Of a stretch of DNA of 21,882 nucleotides, positions 7,407-16,042 are shown in pieces; the first letter of the stretch is position 1, and the number at the start of each line of letters is the position of its first letter. The stretch is from Armatimonadota bacterium (lineage in GTDB: Bacteria > Armatimonadota > UBA10988), in contig JACRKZ010000092.1 of NCBI GenBank assembly GCA_016235455.1, forward strand, positions 1 through 21,882, read 5' to 3'. The notes beneath the pieces are model-generated. The model was not told the DNA's origin. It saw only the letters and a list, made by a program, of their open reading frames with translations, and made no database searches. Position numbers and translations under genes: made by a program.

Positions 7407-10400
7407 ATGCGCTGTGGATGGATCCTCTTGCCGTTGCTCGTGAGCGCCTGTGCCGGCCAGCCGCCCGCCGACCCCAACGTGGTCACGCTGCCGCCTGGGC
7501 TGACCAGCCTCGGCGAGATCGGCCGCTTCCGCGTGGGCTGGCAGTCCTATGGCCAGCCGGCCGAATACATGCCCGACGGCTGGGTGGGCCACTTCGAGGA
7601 GCGCACCGGCGTCTCGTACAACCTGGGCGACTCGGTGCTCGGGCGCGAAGCCGTGCTGATGCATTCGCCCTGGCGTGTGCCGCCGGGCCGCACCTGCGTC
7701 GAGTTCCGGCTGCGGCTGCCGCGGGCAACGCCCATCACCTTCACTACGGGCATCACCATGAACCCCTACAGCATGGAGCCCGAGCACAGCGATGGCGTGA
7801 CGTTCAGCGCCTACCTGGTCGATGGCGCCGAGAAGCAGTTGTTCCGGGAGCACTACGCCAAGGCTGAGTGGAAGGACCTGACCTTCGACCTGTCGGCCTC
7901 CGCGGGCCGCGACGTGACGCTGCGTCTGCAGGTCGAGCCCGGCCCGGCCAACAGCCCCAGCTTCGACTTCTCCTACTGGAGCCGGCCGGTCATCCAGTGC
8001 GGCACGACCACCGGCCCAGGCGAGGACCGTGTGGCCAGGCTGCTGGCCAAGCCTGCCTATCGCGCGGTGGCTGGCCGGAGCCTGGTGACGTTGGCCAACC
8101 GGCCGGGCGAGGCACAAGGCATCGCTCCGTCCACGTTCCTGCCCGCCGAGACCAGCGTCAGCGCCCAAGGCGGCACGTTCTGGCTCAGGAGCAAGGCCGC
8201 GGACGCGAGTGTGGCCTACATCTGGCAGCCGGCGACCGGCACGCTTGACGACATCACGGCCAAGGTGGACGATGGCACCGAGTTGCATCCCTGCGCCGGT
8301 GGTGGCGTGACCTTTGCCGTCGGCGACAAGCTCGTCTCTGGCCGCGGCGGTCGGTGCACGGCCTCGAGCGTGGACGCGAACGGCCGGACCGTGCGCATCG
8401 AGTGGCAGTATCCCGCCGAGCAGGGCGGCGCCACCGTGGTCTGGACGTTGGGTATCGTCGGCCGCGCACTGACCGTCCGGGCCGAATGCGCCCAGCCCAA
8501 GGTCGCCGGTCTGTCGCTGGGCCAGGTGACCGGCGCGGCGCTACGCCGGCGGCTGGCTGTGCCGTACCTGCTGGGCAACCTGGACTATCTGCCGGCCGAC
8601 GCGCTCTACTCGGGTCGGTACCTGGACTGGACCGTGAGCCATGCGTCCACTTGCCCGCAAGGCGAAGCCAGCTACCACGCCCTGACCGACGGCACGCGCA
8701 ACACGCTGCTGGAGTCGGGTTACGTAACGCTCACGCCGCACGTGGCCGAGGCGTTGCCCAACCTGCCGCATCCCGTCTCGCCCTATGTGGCGTTGCTCGG
8801 CCCGAAGGTCATGCTCGACATCTGGGGCCACCGCGACAACACCTACGCCGGCGATGCCCGGCTGCTGCGCGAGCTCAAGGACAACGGCGTCGACCACGTG
8901 GCTATCATCCAGCACGACTGGCAGCGCTGGGGCTACGACGCCAAGCTGCCCGACCACCTGCCGGCCAACCCGGCCTACGGTGGCGACCCGGCCATGATCG
9001 AGTTCGGCCGGGCGGCGCGTGACTGCGGCTATGTGTGGTCGCTGCACGAAAACTACATCGACCTCTACCCCGACGCACCGTCGTACGATCCGGCCGCGCG
9101 CGTGCTCCAGTCAGATGGCAAGCCGTCGCCGGCCTGGTACAACTCTGGCACGAAGGTGCAGAGCTACGGGCTCAAGAGCAACCGCGCGCTGGGCTATGCC
9201 AAGGCCGTCGCGCCCGAGGCGCATCGGCGCTACGGCACCAACGCCGCCTACCTCGACGTGCACACCTGCGTGCCGCCCTGGCATCAGCTCGACCATGAGG
9301 CGGGTCAGCCACTGGCCGGCATGGCGCTGGCCAAGGTCAAGAACGACACGGCGCTGTTCCAGTTCATGCGTGACTCCCACGAGGGTCCCATGTTCGGCGA
9401 GGGCAACAACCAGTTCTACTGGGCCGGCCGCTGCGACGGCGTGGAGGCGCAGGTGGAAGGCGGCGAGGACCATCGGCCGTTCCTCGACTTCGACCTGCTG
9501 CGGCTGCACCCGCAAATGGTCAACCACGGCATGGGCTACTACGAGCGCTGGTTCCGCCAGGGCTACGACGCGAACTTCGGCCAGAACGTCGGTACGCCGG
9601 TCGATATGGACCGCTACCGCGCGCAGGAAGTGGCCTACGGCCACGCCGGCTTCATCGGCAACGCCCTGACCGGCAACGTCAACCACGTGGTCAAGGAGCA
9701 CCACCTGATGCACGCCGTGCAGGCGCTGTCCGGCACGGCCAAGGTCACGGCCATCGAATACGGCGTCGGCGACCGCTTCGTCGACGCGTCCATCGCCTTG
9801 GCGGTGACCGACACGCGGCGCCAGCGCATCCGCTATCACAGCGGCCTGACGGTGTGGGTCAACTGGGCCGAGCAGCCCTGGACCGTGGACGGCCACACGC
9901 TGCCGCAATGGGGCTGGCGCGCGGCCGGGCCCGGCACCGAGGTGGCCACCGAACTGCGCGACGGCAAGGTGGCCGACACCGCGCTGACGCCCGAATACAC
10001 CTATGTCGACGCGCGCACCTGGTTCCCCGCGCCGTATGTCAACCGGCCGCGCGACATCGAGCCGAAGCTGCGGTCGCTCAAGGATCTGGGCGACGGCCGC
10101 GTGGAGATCACCTATGAGTGGAAGGTCGGCGAGAAGCTGAGCGAGGACTACAACTGCTTCGTGCACTTCAACAACGTCGCGGCCGACCAGTGGGGCGGTG
10201 ACGACATCGTCTTCCAGCACGACCATGCGCTGCCCCGGCCGACCAGCGCCTGGCAGCCCGGCGAGACCATCGTCGACGGGCCGCATATCCTCACCGTGCC
10301 GGCCGGCAAGTACAACAGCTACGACGTGACCATCGGCCTGTGGAAGACCGGTCGCCTGAACCTCAAGGGCATTCGCGCCACGCGCGAGCGCATCCTCATC

Positions 10401-10784
10401 GGCCGGCTCGGCGTGAAGCAGGAGGGCGGCAAGGTGGTCGCCGTGACCAGCCTGCCCGTCACCGCGGCGGACGACGCGATCGGCAAGACGCCGGACTGGG
10501 ACGAGCGCGTCTATCCCGCGGCGACCACGGTCACCTGCGGCGACGTGCGCACCAACGGCTCGGTCAAGCTGGTCAAGGAGTCGGCGCGGCGCTGGGTGGT
10601 CTATCCGTACCCGCGGGACCGGGCTTTCCAGATCGGCCTGAAGGTGGCGCCGACGGCCAAGGTGGCGGCCCTGGCCGCGCTGACTGGCGCGGAGCTCGGC
10701 GCGGTACCGGCCAAGACTGACGGCGGCTGGCTGACGTTCGACGCGGGCAAGGTAGGGGCCGGTCGGTACGTCGTGACGTGGTGA
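7407..10784 (+). CDS. Large secreted/lipoprotein glycoside-hydrolase-like protein (DUF5696/GH101/GH129-like barrel with accessory beta domains)
   Basis: ATG at 7407 with GGAG RBS and lipobox LVSA-C. Central motifs HDWQRWGYD, LHENYIDLYPDA, AYLDVHT and FGEG. N-terminal SDGVTF...WKDLTFDLSASAGRDVTLRL carbohydrate-binding-like domain. C-terminal FVHF...QHDH...WQPGETIVD domain. Family assignment is inferred. Confidence 0.65.
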   Translation: MRCGWILLPLLVSACAGQPPADPNVVTLPPGLTSLGEIGRFRVGWQSYGQPAEYMPDGWVGHFEERTGVSYNLGDSVLGREAVLMHSPWRVPPGRTCVEFRLRLPRATPITFTTGITMNPYSMEPEHSDGVTFSAYLVDGAEKQLFREHYAKAEWKDLTFDLSASAGRDVTLRLQVEPGPANSPSFDFSYWSRPVIQCGTTTGPGEDRVARLLAKPAYRAVAGRSLVTLANRPGEAQGIAPSTFLPAETSVSAQGGTFWLRSKAADASVAYIWQPATGTLDDITAKVDDGTELHPCAGGGVTFAVGDKLVSGRGGRCTASSVDANGRTVRIEWQYPAEQGGATVVWTLGIVGRALTVRAECAQPKVAGLSLGQVTGAALRRRLAVPYLLGNLDYLPADALYSGRYLDWTVSHASTCPQGEASYHALTDGTRNTLLESGYVTLTPHVAEALPNLPHPVSPYVALLGPKVMLDIWGHRDNTYAGDARLLRELKDNGVDHVAIIQHDWQRWGYDAKLPDHLPANPAYGGDPAMIEFGRAARDCGYVWSLHENYIDLYPDAPSYDPAARVLQSDGKPSPAWYNSGTKVQSYGLKSNRALGYAKAVAPEAHRRYGTNAAYLDVHTCVPPWHQLDHEAGQPLAGMALAKVKNDTALFQFMRDSHEGPMFGEGNNQFYWAGRCDGVEAQVEGGEDHRPFLDFDLLRLHPQMVNHGMGYYERWFRQGYDANFGQNVGTPVDMDRYRAQEVAYGHAGFIGNALTGNVNHVVKEHHLMHAVQALSGTAKVTAIEYGVGDRFVDASIALAVTDTRRQRIRYHSGLTVWVNWAEQPWTVDGHTLPQWGWRAAGPGTEVATELRDGKVADTALTPEYTYVDARTWFPAPYVNRPRDIEPKLRSLKDLGDGRVEITYEWKVGEKLSEDYNCFVHFNNVAADQWGGDDIVFQHDHALPRPTSAWQPGETIVDGPHILTVPAGKYNSYDVTIGLWKTGRLNLKGIRATRERILIGRLGVKQEGGKVVAVTSLPVTAADDAIGKTPDWDERVYPAATTVTCGDVRTNGSVKLVKESARRWVVYPYPRDRAFQIGLKVAPTAKVAALAALTGAELGAVPAKTDGGWLTFDAGKVGAGRYVVTW

Positions 10785-10787
10785 TCA

Positions 10788-10867
10788 GCTAACCACGAGA
10801 GGACACAGAGGGCACAGAGATGGTTCTGAACTGGCTCTCTTTGTGTTCTCTGTGTCCTCTTGTGGTT
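10788..10867. repeat. CACAGAG-type inverted repeat element (MITE/REPIN-like) between convergent genes
   Basis: AACCACGAGAGGACACAGAGGGCACAGAGA (10791-10820) and TCTTTGTGTTCTCTGTGTCCTCTTGTGGTT (10838-10867) pair at 26 of 30 positions. TGATCA occurs at 10782-10787 and 10867-10872. Confidence 0.85.
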
Positions 10868-10869
10868 GA

Positions 10870-11532
10870 TCACTTGTCAGGCGCGTCTGCGGCTTCCACG
10901 CGCAGGTCGTCGAGGAACAGCAGGTAGCCGCGCTTGCCGGGGTAGGTGACCGGCATGAAGATGCCGTGGCCCGAGGCCGGTGCCTTGCCGGGCACGCGGA
11001 CCAAGGGGCCGCTACCGAGCCGCGCCAGCACCTCGGTCTGGGCGCCGCCGGACGTGGGCAGCCAGAGCCAAAGCACAGACCAGGCGTCCTCGGCATACTC
11101 GCCCAGCGGCACGGTGTGGGCGAAGTCGCCGCTGATCAGGCTGACGCGCCGGCCGTCGAAAGCGACCGCCGCCGAGCGGTCGCCGGGGTTGGCGCCGCGC
11201 AGCTCGAACCCGAAGCGCACGCTGTCGGCCTTGCCCTGAATGAGGAAGGCCACCGAGAAGGCCAGCCAGCGCTCGGCGACGTTGGGCAGACGCGTGTTGT
11301 AGCCGGCCATGGGCGACTGCTCACCGGTCTGACGGTCGAGCAACAGGCTGCGCTGACCGCTGTGCGCGCGCAGGTTGCTGGTCAGCAGCAGGTCGTCGCC
11401 AGGATCGCCCCAGCCCACCGACCAGCCCTGCGCGGTCTGGCCGGGCAGACGATCCTCGAAGCCCTGGGTCCAAGGCAGTTGCGCCGAGGCGGCCGAGGCC
11501 AGCATCAGTAGCACGATGGCTGCTCGTTGCAC
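10870..11532 (-). CDS. Hypothetical secreted protein (possible lectin/carbohydrate-binding jelly-roll)
   Basis: Signal-like AAIVLLMLASAASA followed by QGFED...AHSGQRSLLL...LFLDDLRV. Start uncertain (GTG at 11532). The ORF-track extension to 11805 runs through repeat DNA. Confidence 0.65.
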   Translation of the reverse strand: MQRAAIVLLMLASAASAQLPWTQGFEDRLPGQTAQGWSVGWGDPGDDLLLTSNLRAHSGQRSLLLDRQTGEQSPMAGYNTRLPNVAERWLAFSVAFLIQGKADSVRFGFELRGANPGDRSAAVAFDGRRVSLISGDFAHTVPLGEYAEDAWSVLWLWLPTSGGAQTEVLARLGSGPLVRVPGKAPASGHGIFMPVTYPGKRGYLLFLDDLRVEAADAPDK

Positions 11533-11759
11533 CGGTTTTGGCCGAATGGCGCTTCCACGACACCGGCAGCCCCCCCTGTAGTCCCCCCGCGAGCGGGGGG
11601 ACGGTGCACTGACACCCTCCCCGCTCGCGGTGAGGGCCGGGGTGGGGGCTGTCCGCGACTCCATCACAACGCGCCCTTCCGCGCCACCAGGCACCGTGTC
11701 TAGCGCTGGCGGCGCCGACCAAGGGTGGGGAAGCGCCATTCGGCCAGAGCCGGCACAAC
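11526..11759. repeat. Composite repeat element: outer inverted pair (GCCGGnTTTGGCCGAATGGCGCTTCC family) enclosing C/G-run REP hairpins
   Basis: Outer arms 11526-11556 and 11729-11759 match at 27 of 31 positions. Inner elements are CCCCCCTGTAGTCCCCCCGCGAGCGGGGGGAC (11571-11602) and CCCTCCCCGCTCGCGGTGAGGGCCGGGGTGGGGG (11615-11648). Confidence 0.82.
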
Positions 11760-11785
11760 CAAAGGGATCGCCGCTTGCCATCGGC

Positions 11786-14700
11786 CTACCAGTACGTGAA
11801 TTCATAGGGATCCGCCAGATTCAGGGTCGTGTCGTAGAAGGAGGGCCCACGTGCCTCTTGCGAGGCCAGCCGCGTCGGGTCCCAGCCGGCGCGCGACAGG
11901 TTGGCCCAGAAGCCAAAGCCCTTGCCGCCCGAGCCGACCTTGAGCGTGATGATGTTATCGCCGGCGCGCAGGTCGACGTCCACCTGATGCCGGTTGGCCC
12001 GCGGCGAGCCGTGGCCGGTGGTCACTTCGTAGACCGGCTGGCCATTGACCCAGGCTGCCAGCCAGTAGTCCACGCCCAGCCGCAGTCGCGCCTTTCGCGC
12101 CTGGTCGGCCTTCACGTGGCAGACCGCGAAGCTGGTCGACGACAGCTTGCCACCGAGGTCGACGAAGCCATGCTCGTCGGCCTGGGCCACGTGCCAGGTC
12201 GGGCCGTTGCGACCGGCGACGGCGTCGGCCTGTTCGGGAATCACAGCGCCGATCAGGCTGGGTCCGTCGTCCTTGGCCTGAGCGAACGGGCCGAGCACCT
12301 GCCAGCGGGTCAGCTCGTCGTAGCCGGCGCCGGCTTGGAGGGTGCACAGGCGCTGCGCGACCTCGGGCGCGAGTCGCGCGCCGGCGTTGGTGCCGATCTG
12401 TGCGGCCAGCGTCGCGAGCCGCGCGCGGCTCAGCCGAATTGCATCTCGGCGCGCGGCGTCGTCCACGTAGCGGGGGGCGAGCAGCGCCGGATCGGCGGCC
12501 AGCCACACGTCATTCCCGCGCACCAGCGCCAGCCCGCCCAGCAGAACCGTGCTGCCCGCCGGCTGCCCGGTCGGGTCGTAGGCCGGTGTGCGGAGCCCAT
12601 CACGCCAGCGCAGCAGGCTGGTGTCAACCCCGCGCAGCAAGGGATGGCCGTCGAGCGGCACGCGCCATAGCTCGCGCTCGGACAGCTTGAGGCCGCCCGC
12701 GGCCGCGGCCGGATGCACCGTGTAGGCCGGCGTCGGCGCCAGGGCGCGCTGGCACTCCGCCAGCAGGTTGGCCGCCAGTCGCGTGGCGCCAGGGTCGACG
12801 CCCACGCGGTCGGTCAGGTCCAGCGAGCAGCAGGTGATACGCCCCTTGCCATGCCGCAGATGCAGCAGCGGCGTGTAGGCCAGGTCGAACTCGCAGGACA
12901 ACACCGGCGTGAAGCCCACCACCTGCGGGATCTCGAACACCGTCGAGGCCACCGCGCCGGTGTTGGTCCAGCGCGGCGCGCGCGGCCCGTCGTAGTCGCG
13001 GGCCATCTTCCCTTCGGGCAGCAGGTCGGGCGAGCCGCGCCAGTTGATCAGGTCCTCGGGCGCGATGCCGGCCAGGATCGGGCTCTGGGCATCGCGCGCA
13101 AAGACATAGCGCGTCATCGTCTCGACGTTGCGGAAGCCCAGCCCTTCCCAGATCTCGGGCTTCTGCTCCAGGATCAGCACACGGTGGCCGGCCTGGATGT
13201 CCGCGCTGGTATACGGCAGCGCCATGCCCGGCTCGAGCGCCTCGCGGCCGATGACCAGCAGGCTGTCGGCCGGCCTGGGCTGGCCCGGCTGCCACAGCGT
13301 CGGCCGGATGCCCAGCGCCTCGATCCAGGCGCGTGAGCGGCCGCGGGGGTCCCACAGCGCGACCTTGCCCGCCGGCTGGGGCAGCAGGCGCGGATGGATC
13401 TGGACGGGCAGCGTGTCCGTCGCGACGACCTTGCCGCCGTCTTCGACCCTCAACTCCAGCCGCGCGGCCAGACGCTGCGCCGCGGCTGGCGCGGTGACCG
13501 CGAAGGGCAGGAGCTTGATGTCGCCGGCGGAGACATCGATGGCCAGTTGACCGTTCCCGAGGGTCTTGTCGCCCGCGACCAGCGACCAGCGCGCCGTCAG
13601 GCGGCGCCGGCCGGGCCCGTCCCAGACCACCGCCACCTGCTTGTCGATGCGCTCGCCTGACCAGTAGGCGTGCGACTTGTCGGTGAACTTGGGCGCGCCG
13701 GCCAGGTAGGCCAGCAGCGGCTGGTTGTCGGGCGCATAGATATCGAAGTTGGCGTTGGCCCAGTCGGGCCGCCTGGTCACGGGCTCACGGAGTGCGGCGT
13801 AGCGGTTGAACACATTGCCCGCGTAGCCCGGCGGGTCGCCGTAGCCGAGGCCGAAGTTCCACCACTGCCAGCCGCCATTGACGCCCCAGGTGCGCCAGGC
13901 GCGCGTGGTGTTGCGCACGAACAGCCGCTGGAACTCCCAGTAGCCGGGCCACTGCTTGAGATCCACCTTGTCGAACGCGCCGTGGCCACTTACGTTGGCC
14001 AGGCTAAGCTCGATGATCTTCTTCTGGCCTGCCTCGCTCTCCCAGGCATAGGCCTGCGGGCCGAAGTACATGGCCAGATACTCGGTCAGCAGGAACTGCT
14101 TGCCCTTCCAGAAGTTGGCCGTATACGGCTCGCCAAACTCAACCGCGGAGTAGGGCATGTTGCCCGACGCGGCCCACCGCGACGGCCAGTCCTCGCGCTC
14201 TTGCAGCGGCACGAAATTGAGGTACGAGTTGGCCGTGGACAGATCGCCCGTGCTGCCGTCGGCATGGGAGAAGGCCAGCCGCGTCGGGTCGTGCTGCCGC
14301 GTCACCCGACAGGCGTACTCGATGGCGCGCGCGTTCCCGTTCTTGTCTTCCGCCGGCCGATGACCCATGCCGTCGGCGTGGATGTTGGTCCGCGGGCAAT
14401 AGGTGTTCATGCCCACGGCATAGGCGAAGACGCTCGGATGGTTGCGCACGAAACGCAGATGGTAGGCCATCTCGCGGTCGTAGTCGGCCTGGAGCTGCTT
14501 GTCGGTCAGCAGGCTGGGCTTGAGATTGCTCATGCCGGGCACGGGCAGCGTGGCGCCGCAGCCGTTCTCGTCGAGCGCCGCCAGCGTGGCCTCGTCGAAG
14601 ATCGGCGTCTCCGACCAGTTGCCCCACCAGGCGCTGGGGTTGGGCTGCCACTGGAAGACGTTGAAGCCAAGCAGCCGGAAGAACGACAGCGAGGTCGGCG

Positions 14701-15646
14701 TCAGCCCCGAGTTGGCCCAGGTCAGCCGCCAGCGCATGTCGTGGCCGTTGAGCAGCAGACGACGGCCCTCGGTCCACACCTCGCGGAAGCCGAACCTCAC
14801 CGGCTCGGCCTGGTCGGCCACCTGGCCACGCAGCGATGCCGTGCAGCTATACAGGTACGGCGCCTCCAGCTCCCACAGCCGGACGTCGGGCCAGGCTTTG
14901 GTCAGCCGATGGGTCGAACGGCCCGCGGGCAGGGCGACAGCCGGCAGGTCGAGCGCCAGCGCCGGCTGGCCGGCGGTCTGCGTGATGTCGGCATGGAGCG
15001 CCGCCTGCGTGGCCGCGGTCGCCTCGACCTCCACCTGCACGGTCAGCTCGTGCTTCCGCTGTGAGGGGATGACGAAGACGTCTGTGATCGCCGCCGCCTT
15101 GGGCCGCGCGCGGATCGTCACCGGCGCGGTGATGCCCAACGGCCACTGGTCGGGCGTGAGCTTGTCATGCCGTGTCAGGTAGCGCAGCGGGTCGTGCGCG
15201 AAGTCGCGCGAGATGCCCGTGTAGTCGCGTGTCAGGAACACCGTCAACCGGTTCTCACCAGCCTTGACCGCGGTATCGAGAGCCACCTCGCCGCCGGGCC
15301 GCAGCAACTCGCCGAGTCGCTGGCCGTTGAGGAAGACGACGGCATCGCCCTCGATGCGGCGGAAGTCGGCCACGACGTGCCGGCCCTGCGGGTCGGCGAG
15401 CGTGGTGAAGACCTGCTCGTACCACAGCGAGTGCACCTGGCCGCGCGGCGTCTTGGCCCAGGCCTGGCCGGGCGCCGTGGGTGCGGTGCCGCGCCAGTCG
15501 CGCGCGGGCATGGTGCCCCAGGCGTCCGGTTGGGGCGGCGTGTCCGGCGACACCGCGACCTGCACCCGCCAGACCTCGGCCAGGGCCAGGTTCCAGCGCG
15601 GCGGCGCGTCGGTCGCGAGCAATGCGGTCAGCAGCAGGGGGATCAT
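11786..15646 (-). CDS. Glycoside hydrolase family 2-like multidomain secreted protein
   Basis: ATG at 15646 with GGGAG RBS and signal-like MIPLLLTALLA. GH2 hallmarks AVVFLNGQRLG, GITAPV, RLWELEAPYLY, RFGFREVWTEGRRLLLNG, RNHPSV, HDPTR and EFG. C-terminal domain with WVNG...GDNIITLKV. Confidence 0.85.
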   Translation of the reverse strand: MIPLLLTALLATDAPPRWNLALAEVWRVQVAVSPDTPPQPDAWGTMPARDWRGTAPTAPGQAWAKTPRGQVHSLWYEQVFTTLADPQGRHVVADFRRIEGDAVVFLNGQRLGELLRPGGEVALDTAVKAGENRLTVFLTRDYTGISRDFAHDPLRYLTRHDKLTPDQWPLGITAPVTIRARPKAAAITDVFVIPSQRKHELTVQVEVEATAATQAALHADITQTAGQPALALDLPAVALPAGRSTHRLTKAWPDVRLWELEAPYLYSCTASLRGQVADQAEPVRFGFREVWTEGRRLLLNGHDMRWRLTWANSGLTPTSLSFFRLLGFNVFQWQPNPSAWWGNWSETPIFDEATLAALDENGCGATLPVPGMSNLKPSLLTDKQLQADYDREMAYHLRFVRNHPSVFAYAVGMNTYCPRTNIHADGMGHRPAEDKNGNARAIEYACRVTRQHDPTRLAFSHADGSTGDLSTANSYLNFVPLQEREDWPSRWAASGNMPYSAVEFGEPYTANFWKGKQFLLTEYLAMYFGPQAYAWESEAGQKKIIELSLANVSGHGAFDKVDLKQWPGYWEFQRLFVRNTTRAWRTWGVNGGWQWWNFGLGYGDPPGYAGNVFNRYAALREPVTRRPDWANANFDIYAPDNQPLLAYLAGAPKFTDKSHAYWSGERIDKQVAVVWDGPGRRRLTARWSLVAGDKTLGNGQLAIDVSAGDIKLLPFAVTAPAAAQRLAARLELRVEDGGKVVATDTLPVQIHPRLLPQPAGKVALWDPRGRSRAWIEALGIRPTLWQPGQPRPADSLLVIGREALEPGMALPYTSADIQAGHRVLILEQKPEIWEGLGFRNVETMTRYVFARDAQSPILAGIAPEDLINWRGSPDLLPEGKMARDYDGPRAPRWTNTGAVASTVFEIPQVVGFTPVLSCEFDLAYTPLLHLRHGKGRITCCSLDLTDRVGVDPGATRLAANLLAECQRALAPTPAYTVHPAAAAGGLKLSERELWRVPLDGHPLLRGVDTSLLRWRDGLRTPAYDPTGQPAGSTVLLGGLALVRGNDVWLAADPALLAPRYVDDAARRDAIRLSRARLATLAAQIGTNAGARLAPEVAQRLCTLQAGAGYDELTRWQVLGPFAQAKDDGPSLIGAVIPEQADAVAGRNGPTWHVAQADEHGFVDLGGKLSSTSFAVCHVKADQARKARLRLGVDYWLAAWVNGQPVYEVTTGHGSPRANRHQVDVDLRAGDNIITLKVGSGGKGFGFWANLSRAGWDPTRLASQEARGPSFYDTTLNLADPYEFTYW

Positions 15647-15665
15647 CGACGGCTCCCGGCTCACT

Positions 15666-15694
15666 AGGATGGCCGATGCGCGCGACGGTGTCCA
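15666..15694 (-). promoter_or_regulatory. Possible sigma70 promoter of the GH2-like gene
   Basis: Minus strand TGGACA-N17-CATCCT, ending about 20 nt before the ATG. Confidence 0.35.
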
Positions 15695-15740
15695 GCGGGG
15701 GCGCGGCGCAGTACACTGAGCGCCAGAGCGCAAGATGCTG

Positions 15741-16011
15741 GTTGTACCGGCTTGGGCCGAAGGGCGCTTCCACTCGGCGGTGGCAGTCTCCCGCGCCGAT
15801 GACCGGCAACGCTGACGCCGGTACGCTGAGCCAGCAGAGCTGGCTGCATCTCCAGATTGGCAGTGGTCCGCAGGACCATCGTTGGCCACCGGTCCGCCGC
15901 GATGTCGATCTGCGGCTACGCCTCCGGCCGATGCCAATCTGGAGATTGGCGTACCGGCACGGGCGGCACTGACCGGACAATGGAAGCGCCATTCGGCCAA
16001 AGCCGGCACAA
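15741..16011. repeat. Second copy of the composite repeat element, with different nested REP cargo
   Basis: Outer arms GTTGTACCGGCTTGGGCCGAAGGGCGCTTCCA (15741-15772) and TGGAAGCGCCATTCGGCCAAAGCCGGCACAA (15981-16011). Inner inverted pairs GCCGGTACGC (15817-15826)/GCGTACCGGC (15949-15958) and ATCTCCAGATTGGCA (15848-15862)/TGCCAATCTGGAGAT (15932-15946). Confidence 0.85.
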
Positions 16012-16042
16012 AGAACATGATCTGCTGCGACGGGTGGCCTGC

